From: Patescibacteria group bacterium
GTDB taxonomy: Bacteria; Patescibacteriota; Minisyncoccia; JAHIHE01; JAGLIN01
Length of the DNA stretch: 36,715 nucleotides
Direction: 5' to 3'
Assembly (NCBI GenBank): GCA_034659355.1
Contig: JAYEHC010000055.1
Location: 1 to 36,715 of the forward strand
This document shows, piece after piece, positions 26,374-34,207 of this stretch (within the stretch, counting starts at the first letter, position 1; each line of letters begins with the position of its first letter). Under the pieces are notes generated by a model that saw only the letters and a list, made by a program, of their open reading frames with translations, ran no database searches and had not been told where the DNA came from. A program made the position numbers and the translations under genes.

Positions 26374-27573
26374 ATGTACCAACGAACAATTTTGTCAAAA
26401 TTAATTCCTTTCCTGGAAAAAGATCAGATTATAATGATAACTGGCGCGCGACAGGTTGGTAAAACAACTTTGCTTTTTCTGTTAAAAAAATATTTGGAAG
26501 ACAAGCAAGAAAAATGCTTTTATCTTAATCTGGAAAATCCAAGTTATAAAGACGCTCTTAATAAACATCCGGATAATATTTTTGAAATTATTCCTAAAGC
26601 GATCGCAAGAGGGGAAAGGCAATATCTTTTTTTGGACGAAGTTCAATATCTGGATAATCCCAGCAATTTTTTGAAATATCATTTTGACGAAAACAGGAAG
26701 AATTTAAAAATTATTACCAGCGGATCTTCAGCGTTTTATCTTGATCATAAATTTAAAGACAGCTTAGCGGGGCGAAAGTTTATTTTTGAATTGTTTGGCT
26801 TGAATTTTTATGAATTTTTAGATTTTAAAAAAGAAGTTGAAATCAAACAATTTCATCAGAAAAAAGTACCGAGTATTTATCACAGCAAGTTAATAAATTT
26901 ATGGGAGGAATATATTAGGTTCGGCTCTTATCCGGAAGTCGTTTTAAATGACGACATAAAAATTAAAAAAACCATTATTGAAAGTTTGGCTCTTTCTTAT
27001 GTTAAAAAAGATATTTACGAAGCAAACATTAAGGAATCGGAAAAATATTTTTATATTCTGAAAATATTGGCTGATCAAACCGGACAATTAGTGAATGCCA
27101 ATCAAATTGCCAACGCCATTAATTTGTCCGTCAAGACAGTGGAAAATTATTTGCAAGTAATGCAAAAATCATACCATCTTTCTTTAATCAAACCGTTTTT
27201 TAAAAATATAAAAAAAGAATTGACTAAAATGCCCAAAGTCTATTTTTATGATTTGGGTTTGAGGAATTATTTGTTGAATAATTTTGATTTAATTAATAAC
27301 AGATTAGATCGAGGACAAGTTTTGGAAAATATAATTTTTTTGAAATTTTTGAATTCTCACAAAAGAGACGGAATTAATTTTTGGAGAACGCAAGCGAAAA
27401 ATGAAGTTGATTTTATCGTGAACAGAGAGCGGGCATTTGAGGTAAAATTCAGTTCTAAGAATTTTCAAGAATCAAAATACGCTAAGTTTAAGAAGCAATA
27501 TCCAGAAATGAATTTGCGGTTTGTTTCTTATGACAATGTGGTTGAGGAATTGAAAAACGGAGAATTTATTTAA
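26374..27573 (+). CDS. AAA_14 + DUF4143 ATPase/PD-(D/E)xK nuclease-like protein
   Basis: GARQVGKTT, LFLDEVQ, SGSS, KMPKVYFYDLGLRN, EVDFIV...FEVK. Start MYQR preferred. Confidence 0.92.
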   Translation: MYQRTILSKLIPFLEKDQIIMITGARQVGKTTLLFLLKKYLEDKQEKCFYLNLENPSYKDALNKHPDNIFEIIPKAIARGERQYLFLDEVQYLDNPSNFLKYHFDENRKNLKIITSGSSAFYLDHKFKDSLAGRKFIFELFGLNFYEFLDFKKEVEIKQFHQKKVPSIYHSKLINLWEEYIRFGSYPEVVLNDDIKIKKTIIESLALSYVKKDIYEANIKESEKYFYILKILADQTGQLVNANQIANAINLSVKTVENYLQVMQKSYHLSLIKPFFKNIKKELTKMPKVYFYDLGLRNYLLNNFDLINNRLDRGQVLENIIFLKFLNSHKRDGINFWRTQAKNEVDFIVNRERAFEVKFSSKNFQESKYAKFKKQYPEMNLRFVSYDNVVEELKNGEFI

Positions 27574-27574
27574 G

Positions 27575-27604
27575 TTGTGGGAGAGGATTTTGGGATAAAA
27601 AAAG
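27575..27604 (+). repeat. Duplicated 3' end of the GPI gene (att-like direct repeat)
   Basis: 28/30 identical to 26146-26175; LWERILG* versus LWERVLG*. Confidence 0.9.
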
Positions 27605-27819
27605 AAGAGTAATTTGTCAAGGGTAAAACCAAAATTTCTACCCAGCTTTAGCTGAGGGTTCTTAGTGCTTTAGCGTTACGAAATAAATCAATCTCGCAAG
27701 GTTAAAACCTTGCTAACCGCGCGCTAAAGCGCCGTAGAATAGTCCTGCAATAAATTTTATATTTTCACCTCGTTGCAAGAATCGTTATCGGTTATTTGTT
27801 ATCAGTTATAAATTAACTC

Positions 27820-27903
27820 GCCGAAGTGGTGAAATTGGTAAACACGCAGCGTTCAGAACGCTGTGGGAGTAATCCCTTGGAGGTTCAAGTCCTCTCTTCG
27901 GCA
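27820..27903 (+). tRNA. tRNA-Leu (CAG)
   Basis: Acceptor GCCGAAG/CTTCGGC, anticodon arm CAGCG-TTCAGAA-CGCTG, long variable arm, GTTCAAGT; no encoded CCA. Confidence 0.95.
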
Positions 27904-27964
27904 CAAGCAAGGCGACTTGTTATTCTTGAACTTGTTTCAGAATCTACTTTCTTTTACATCTATT

Positions 27965-28106
27965 TAGGCTCTGCTGATTTTCATCTATTTTTTATAAAAA
28001 GAGATAAACTTAAATATACCTTAAAAAATAATTTAGCTTGTTTTAACTAATCCTGCCCTGAAATTCTCCTAGCCCCCTTTTACAAAAGGGGAACAAGCAG
28101 AGCCTA
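27965..28106 (+). mobile_element. MITE family A copy 3 (small deletion near right TIR)
   Basis: TAGGCTCTGCTGATTTT...AGCAGAGCCTA. Confidence 0.85.
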
Positions 28107-28313
28107 ACCAAACCTACAAATCACCAAATATTTTTACTAAACTTGGAATTTACCCTTCAGGGTTTTAAAACCGTCGCAAGCGCAAAATGAAATCCTAAAA
28201 GATAAATTCCGAATAGAATATATGCAAGATTAAATATAAATCAAAATCTAAAGCAATAAAGATTCTGAACCAAGTTCAGAACGACAAATCATTTTAACTT
28301 TATAACTACACTT

Positions 28314-30032
28314 ATGATCCAAACAAAACAAATAAGATCTATCAAACACATTAGAAAACACAAAAAAACCAAACGGCTTCGTATCATTCCTCTTGGCGGA
28401 CTGGAAGAAGTCGGACGGAATATGACGCTTTTTGAGTATGGGCAAGAGATAATTATTGTTGATATGGGACTGCAATTTCCGGAAGAAGATATGCCGGGAA
28501 TTGATTATATCATTCCAAACATTAGCTATTTAAAGGGAAAAGAAAAAAATATCAAAGGCGTCTTTATAACTCATGGACATCTTGACCATATCGGCGCTAT
28601 TCCCCACTTGATGCCAAAACTTGGCAATCCGCCGATTTTTACCGCCGCTTTAACGGCGGGACTTATCAAAAGAAGACAGGAAGATTATCCAAACGGAAAA
28701 GCTTTAAATATAAAAGTGGTAAATTTTGGAAGCAGAGTTAATTTGGGAATTTTTCAGGTTGAATTTTTTCATGTCAATCATAATATCCCCGATGTGCTTG
28801 GAATGGCAATTCATACCCCAGAAGGATTGGTTGTTCATACCGGCGATTTTAAATTTGATCACAGTCCGGTGACAGACAAGCCAGCTGATATCGGAAGAAT
28901 AGCGCAACTTGGATCGCAAAATGTTCTTGCTTTAATGTCCGATAGCACTGATGCTGAAAATCCGGGATATTCGGTAAGCGAACGAGAAATTCAGAAAACG
29001 CTGGATACGATTTTTCTAAAAGCGCAGGGAAGAATTATCGTTGCGACTTTTTCATCGCTGGTTAGCAGAGTACAACAAATTATCACCCTCTCCGAAAAAT
29101 ACGGAAGAAAAGTTGCCATTGACGGATATAGTATGAAAACAACTCTTGAGATTGCCAACAAATTAGGATATGTCAAAATCAAAAGAGGAACAATGATTAG
29201 AGCGGAGCAAATTAAAAATTACCCCGATAATCAAGTCTCGCTAATTTGTACCGGAGCGCAGGGAGAAGGAAGGGCGGTTCTAATGAGAATAGCGAACAAA
29301 GAACATCGCCATATCCAAATTAAAAAAGGAGATACGGTTATCTTTTCTTCCTCGGTGGTTCCCGGAAACGAAAGAACTGTGCAAAATTTGAAAGATCAGC
29401 TTTATCGGCAAGAGGCGAATGTTATTCATTATAAGATGATGGATGTGCACGCGGGCGGACACGCGCAAGTTGAGGATTTGAAAATGATGCTGAATCTAAT
29501 CAAGCCGAAATTTTTCATTCCGATTCACGGAAATTATTATATGCTCAAATTACATACTAAGATCGCGCAAAGTGTGGGAGTGCCGGAAGCAAATACAATT
29601 ATTTCCGGAAACGGAAATGTTATAGAATTAACCAGAAATTCAATTTCTTTGACCAAAGAAAAAGTTCCTTCAAATTATGTGATGGTTGATGGACTGGGTG
29701 TTGGCGATGTTGGAAATGTTGTGCTTCGCGACCGTCAGCAAATGAGCGAAGACGGAATGTTCACAATTATAATAATTATAGACAGCAAGACTGGAAAAAT
29801 TATCGGCAGTCCGGATATAATTTCCCGCGGGTTTGTCTATATGAAAGGATCATCCGAACTTGTCAACGAAGCGAAAAAGAAAGTCATAGAAATAGTGAAC
29901 AAAAAGGCGGTTGCCGAACATGGCACAAATTGGGCGTATATCAAAGACAATGTCCGTGATCAAATCGGGCAGTTCCTATTCAATAAAACTCAACGGCGTC
30001 CAATGATTCTGCCAATGGTGATTGAGGTCTAA
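28314..30032 (+). CDS. rnj: Ribonuclease J
   Basis: LGGLEEVGRNM, THGHLDHIG, HTGDFK, CTGAQGE, VHAGGHA, PIHG, RRPMILP. Confidence 0.97.
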   Translation: MIQTKQIRSIKHIRKHKKTKRLRIIPLGGLEEVGRNMTLFEYGQEIIIVDMGLQFPEEDMPGIDYIIPNISYLKGKEKNIKGVFITHGHLDHIGAIPHLMPKLGNPPIFTAALTAGLIKRRQEDYPNGKALNIKVVNFGSRVNLGIFQVEFFHVNHNIPDVLGMAIHTPEGLVVHTGDFKFDHSPVTDKPADIGRIAQLGSQNVLALMSDSTDAENPGYSVSEREIQKTLDTIFLKAQGRIIVATFSSLVSRVQQIITLSEKYGRKVAIDGYSMKTTLEIANKLGYVKIKRGTMIRAEQIKNYPDNQVSLICTGAQGEGRAVLMRIANKEHRHIQIKKGDTVIFSSSVVPGNERTVQNLKDQLYRQEANVIHYKMMDVHAGGHAQVEDLKMMLNLIKPKFFIPIHGNYYMLKLHTKIAQSVGVPEANTIISGNGNVIELTRNSISLTKEKVPSNYVMVDGLGVGDVGNVVLRDRQQMSEDGMFTIIIIIDSKTGKIIGSPDIISRGFVYMKGSSELVNEAKKKVIEIVNKKAVAEHGTNWAYIKDNVRDQIGQFLFNKTQRRPMILPMVIEV

Positions 30033-30069
30033 ATTGTTTAGCTTAATTTTTCCAGTCTGATGCGAGTTC

Positions 30070-30098
30070 TTGACAATTTATTAGTTTGCTACTACAAT
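30070..30098 (+). promoter_or_regulatory. Sigma70-type promoter
   Basis: TTGACA-17 bp-TACAAT; SD AAGGAGG at about 30146. Confidence 0.7.
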
Positions 30099-30160
30099 GC
30101 AAAGTCTATCAAGACAAAAACAGTTCTTTAACAAAAGAACAAATAAAGGAGGTAAACGAA

Positions 30161-31663
30161 ATGAGAAACATGAAAATGCTAGGAATAGCAGTAGTTGTGG
30201 CGTTTGTTTGCGCGCAGATGGTTTGCGCGGCTGGACCATTACTGATTAAAGTAAGTTGTCAGGGATGTTCTAATGAAGTTGATATTCCAGACGGGTATAA
30301 ATTTTATGCCGATGCCGGAAAATCAATTACGCTGACTGTTTCTTCAAGCGGAGGAAGCGGAGACAAAAGTTATCGTTGGATAGAAAGCGGAGCTGTAGTT
30401 TGCAATCGCGCTTCTTTTCAGTCAATTGTTGCGGAGGACGATGTTGAGTATGTTCTTGTTGTGACAGATGACGGAGGAAGCAGAAGTAAGATAATAAAAA
30501 TATCCCCAATCCAGGAGTCAAAATGCCTTCCCAGTTTTAGAAGAGGGATTAATCTTCGTGATCAAACGCGCGATAGAGTGGAATATTCCGTTGGGGATAG
30601 TTTTACTGTTGAGGCGCGTTTGGATACGAGAGACTGTCCTGATTCCAACTACCAGTTTTGCTGGGTGGCAGATGATGAAAATATCATTTTTGCAAAGCCT
30701 AATTCAACTAAGACTGAGGTGAGAATTGGACAAGGAACTCGGAATGGAAAGGTGGAGATAGAGGCGAGGATAACAAATCCTTCGGTGAAGTTTGTAAGAA
30801 GTCGCGATATTGAAATAAAAATCGTTGGCAATACTCCGCCGTCGGAAGTTAGAATTGCTGTGCATGATGAGCCTGTTTCATACACAGACTTTGAAATATG
30901 TTGCGTTAGTTTTAAGACAGGAGAGCGTGGAAATGAGCATAAGGATTTTATACGCAAATGCTCCGCTACTCTTAAAGATGAGACAGGTAATATTATAGAC
31001 AGAGCTTCCAGGATGGTGGCAAAAGACAGGGAAATTCCGTGTCTTAGATTGAGACCGGAAGGAGTTGGTATTTATTTCGTTGAGTACACAGTTGAAGATT
31101 CTCACGGATTGACTTCAACTGTGAATGAACCAATTGAAGTAAATAAAGGAAACACAGGAAAGGATGTTCCCGTGATAGACACTCCTGATACCATCAATTG
31201 TGTTGTGGGCGAAGTGTGCAAAATTAAGACTGTATCAAGAGGAAACAGAGACAACGCTACCGCTACAGGATTTGAATATTGGCTGATGCACGAAGGAAAA
31301 AAAACTGAACGATTATCCAGTTCAATTTCAGGAGGATTTTGCTCCGGTCCTGAATGCAGTCAAGTGTTTGAATACCCCGGAACTTACACGATAATGATTG
31401 AAGGCAGATATTTTGAAGGCAATAATCGTCGTGAAAGCAAAATCGGTTCTGGAATAGTAACCGTGATTGTGAGTTCCAATGTTTCCGCAACGCCAATGTC
31501 AACGCCAGTTTTGACGCCAGCAATGACGCTGACATCTGTTGTTAGGCCAACAGTCGTGTTTGTTGAAAACGCAACGAAAAAGATTGCGCGTCCGGAAAAA
31601 AGCGGGTGGGAAAGCTTTTTTTCATGGATGGCCAGAGAATTTAAAAACGCTCTAAGTCTCTAG
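30161..31663 (+). CDS. Secreted Cys-rich beta-sandwich (PKD/Ig-like) protein with T/P-rich linker
   Basis: Signal peptide MRNMKMLGIAVVVAFVCAQMVCA; PKD-like YTVEDSHG and FEYPGTYTI; strong SD supports the 30161 start. Confidence 0.7.
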   Translation: MRNMKMLGIAVVVAFVCAQMVCAAGPLLIKVSCQGCSNEVDIPDGYKFYADAGKSITLTVSSSGGSGDKSYRWIESGAVVCNRASFQSIVAEDDVEYVLVVTDDGGSRSKIIKISPIQESKCLPSFRRGINLRDQTRDRVEYSVGDSFTVEARLDTRDCPDSNYQFCWVADDENIIFAKPNSTKTEVRIGQGTRNGKVEIEARITNPSVKFVRSRDIEIKIVGNTPPSEVRIAVHDEPVSYTDFEICCVSFKTGERGNEHKDFIRKCSATLKDETGNIIDRASRMVAKDREIPCLRLRPEGVGIYFVEYTVEDSHGLTSTVNEPIEVNKGNTGKDVPVIDTPDTINCVVGEVCKIKTVSRGNRDNATATGFEYWLMHEGKKTERLSSSISGGFCSGPECSQVFEYPGTYTIMIEGRYFEGNNRRESKIGSGIVTVIVSSNVSATPMSTPVLTPAMTLTSVVRPTVVFVENATKKIARPEKSGWESFFSWMAREFKNALSL

Positions 31664-31681
31664 AGAGCGTTTCTTTTTTTT
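31645..31681 (+). terminator. Intrinsic terminator
   Basis: AAACGCTCT...AGAGCGTTT followed by a T-run; overlaps the stop codon. Confidence 0.7.
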
Positions 31682-31684
31682 ATT

Positions 31685-31860
31685 AAACCTCTTGCGTAAT
31701 TACTTCCTACTACAATTTCCATATTTTGGTCAAATTCCCCAAAAATTTTGTAGACACGCGATTAATCGCGTCTCTACTTGGGCTAAACTTCAAAAATTAT
31801 TTGAAAAATTTGCCTCAAAATATGAAAATCTCGTAACGAAATTAATTACGCAAGAGGTCT
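31685..31860 (+). mobile_element. MITE family B copy 2
   Basis: Near-identical to 23455-23629 and 33297-33472. Confidence 0.88.
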
Positions 31861-31897
31861 ATTGATTTTTGAATAACGAAATTCCCAAAAAGTTTTT

Positions 31898-32051
31898 TAG
31901 GCTCTGCTGATTTTCATCTATTTCTTATAAAAAGAGATAAACTTGAGTGTGCCTTGAGAGGTGGTTTAGCTTATTTTAATCAATCCTGCCCGGAGGTCCC
32001 CCTAGCCCCCTTTTACAAAGGGGGAATAATTGGAGAAAATCAGCAGAGCCT
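31898..32051 (+). mobile_element. MITE family A copy 4
   Basis: TAGGCTCTGCTGATTTT...AAAATCAGCAGAGCCT. Confidence 0.85.
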
Positions 32052-32074
32052 TTTTAGATTTTATTCCGGCATTT

Positions 32075-32857
32075 TTACAAATTAAACAGCCTTATTGCAT
32101 TTTCGCTGGTTGCTGTTTCTATTTCTTCAAAACTTGTTTTTCTGATGTGAGCGATTTTTTTGGCGACATATTTTACAAACAACGGCTCGTTTCTTTTTCC
32201 TCTTTCCGGAACGGGAGCGAGAAAAGGACAGTCTGTTTCAATGAGGATTTTATCAAGAGGGGTGTTTCTGATTACGCTATAAATTTCCGGCTCATTGCCT
32301 AGTTTAGATTTGTCTTTGTAATAAGTAATAATTCCCGTGAAGCCGATATGGAAGCCGAGCTCTAAAAATTTCTCAGCGATTTGCCAGCTGGCGGCGAAGC
32401 AATGAATTACTCCTTGCCAGTTAGATGTTTGATAGTTTTTTAGAATGTTCAGCAAATCATTATAAGCGTCGCGACAGTGAATAATTAGTGGCATTTTGTG
32501 ATTGTCAGCCAATTCTAATTGCAGTCTAAATGCTTCAATTTGTTTTTCTTGCGGTGATAAATTCCGAAAATAATCCAAGCCAATTTCACCAACAGCGATA
32601 ACTTTGTAATGCCGGACTAATTCTTCCAGTTTTTTCAAGCTATTTTTATCAACCGTATCCGCATCGTGCGGATGAATGCCGGCGGAAGCAAAAATGTTTT
32701 CATTATTTTTGGCAAGTTCATAGCTTCTGATACTTGATTTCAAATCGCATCCGACATTAATCATTTTTTCTCCGCCACCGTCAAAAAACCGTTTAAGAAT
32801 TTCCTTGCGGTCATTGTCAAATTCTTTAAAATCCAGATGGATATGAGAGTCAATCAT
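32075..32857 (-). CDS. tatD: TatD family DNase
   Basis: IDSHIH, GIHPH, VGEIGLDY, IHCR, HCF, ETDCPFLAP, NEP. Extended -10 TGCTATAAT on the minus strand at about 32888-32896. Confidence 0.96.
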   Translation of the reverse strand: MIDSHIHLDFKEFDNDRKEILKRFFDGGGEKMINVGCDLKSSIRSYELAKNNENIFASAGIHPHDADTVDKNSLKKLEELVRHYKVIAVGEIGLDYFRNLSPQEKQIEAFRLQLELADNHKMPLIIHCRDAYNDLLNILKNYQTSNWQGVIHCFAASWQIAEKFLELGFHIGFTGIITYYKDKSKLGNEPEIYSVIRNTPLDKILIETDCPFLAPVPERGKRNEPLFVKYVAKKIAHIRKTSFEEIETATSENAIRLFNL

Positions 32858-32949
32858 AAATTAGTTTAAGAATTCTAATTTGTCTTAATTATAGCAGGTT
32901 TTACTTGTTATGAGAACTAGCGTGATTTTTTTCAGAAAATAATTTTGAT

Positions 32950-33094
32950 AGAGCTAACGAGCAAGAAGATTAGGACTTTCTCATTTTTGTCGCCCCGTCG
33001 CAGTTTCTCGATAAGGGACTGCGACAAGAAAACACGCAATCCGCTACAGTTCTCTATTGAGAGATTGCAGTGAGGCGGAGGTAAGAAAGCTCTA
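32950..33094 (+). ncRNA. Candidate structured RNA (unknown)
   Basis: GC-rich island with closing AGAGCT/AGCTCT and two hairpins whose G-U pairs favour the + strand. Confidence 0.3.
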
Positions 33095-33187
33095 AAGATA
33101 AAAAATATTTCCCTTTTCTTTTTACGAAGTATTGCCAAATGGCAAACATAATGCTATTTTACTTAAAGGAAGTTATTGATTAGTTAC

Positions 33188-33274
33188 GGAGAGTTGGCAG
33201 AGCGGTCGAATGCACCGGTCTTGAAAACCGGAGGACCTTCACGGGTCCCGGGGGTTCGAATCCTCCACTCTCCG
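33188..33274 (+). tRNA. tRNA-Ser (TGA)
   Basis: GGAGAGT/ACTCTCC acceptor, CCGGT-CTTGAAA-ACCGG, long variable arm, TTCGAAT. Confidence 0.95.
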
Positions 33275-33296
33275 CTCTGTTTGTAATTCTATTATT

Positions 33297-33472
33297 AGAC
33301 CTCTTGTATAATTACTTCCTACTGCGATTTCCATATCTTGGTCAAATTCCCCAAAAATTTTGTAGACACGCGATTAATCGCGTCTCTACTTAGGTTAAAC
33401 TTCAAAAATTATTTGAAAAATTTGCCTCAAAATATGAAAATCTCGTAACGAAATTAATTACGCAAGAGGTCT
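33297..33472 (+). mobile_element. MITE family B copy 3
   Basis: TAGACCTCTTG...CAAGAGGTCTA. Confidence 0.88.
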
Positions 33473-33490
33473 AATTCATAAAAATAAAAT

Positions 33491-33850
33491 ATGGAATTTG
33501 CATTTAAAAATATGCCATCTTATCAAAGCGCGAAAAAACTTTTTGAGCTGGCTTTATTTTATACGAAAGAAGACAATTTTAAAAAATATCCAAATTTGAA
33601 ATCAAAAATTGAGAAAACGGCATTAGCAATAATTTTGAGCATTGCAAAAATTACCGCGTTGGAACCAGATGAAAAAACAAAGAAGATTATAGATGAACAA
33701 ATTCAAGCAATCAATAAACTATCCGCTTTGTTTGATATTTCCATAGATAAAAATCTTGTTCAAAAAAAAGATGTTCTTGCGATAGAAAACCAGATGCAGA
33801 AACTTTCAGAAGATTTATTAAATTTAAAAGAAATGTTAAATAAAAAATAA
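33491..33850 (+). CDS. Divergent four-helix-bundle (23S rRNA IVS-protein-like) protein
   Basis: FKNMPSYQSAKKL...LKSKIEKTALAIILSIA resembles FxxLxVYQKA...LxxQIRRAAxSIxxNIAEG; the length fits. Confidence 0.55.
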   Translation: MEFAFKNMPSYQSAKKLFELALFYTKEDNFKKYPNLKSKIEKTALAIILSIAKITALEPDEKTKKIIDEQIQAINKLSALFDISIDKNLVQKKDVLAIENQMQKLSEDLLNLKEMLNKK

Positions 33851-33882
33851 AAGCCATTTTGTTATAAGTTATCGGTTAATTC

Positions 33883-33972
33883 GGAGAGGTGCCTGAGTGG
33901 TTGAAAGGGGCACCCTGCTAAGGTGTTAGATCTTTACGGGTCTCGAGGGTTCGAATCCCTCCCTCTCCGCCA
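33883..33972 (+). tRNA. tRNA-Ser (GCT)
   Basis: GGAGAGG/CCTCTCC acceptor, CACC-CTGCTAA-GGTG, variable arm, TTCGAAT, encoded CCA. Confidence 0.95.
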
Positions 33973-34020
33973 TCAGTTTTGTTTTATTGACAAGATTTGT
34001 AAATAAGATATTATTCATTG

Positions 34021-34185
34021 TACACAAACGGTGTATTTGAATCTAGAAGGTCGGCGAGTTAGCGATATTCTAATCAAGCTGGAAAATAACAAAATCTCTC
34101 TCCTCGCCGTTGTTTATTAAACAATGGCAATGTTAATTTTCAGTTTGTATGATTTAGAAATTGCTAGTTCCCGACCTTTTGAATT
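34021..34185 (+). ncRNA. Long rod-shaped RNA, 6S-like candidate
   Basis: Upstream TTGACA (33987)-16 bp-TATTAT; four nested helices (detailed in findings). Confidence 0.5.
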
Positions 34186-34207
34186 TTTAAATAAATAACA
34201 ACTTAAA

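Noticed and set aside
27826-28050. 74-aa ORF, and the MEKISRA... starts at 23124 and 32030
   Set aside because: They overlap tRNA-Leu or MITE A; artefacts of repeat sequence.
33491-33850. DGR accessory Avd
   Set aside because: Possibly the same fold family, but no RT or TR nearby.
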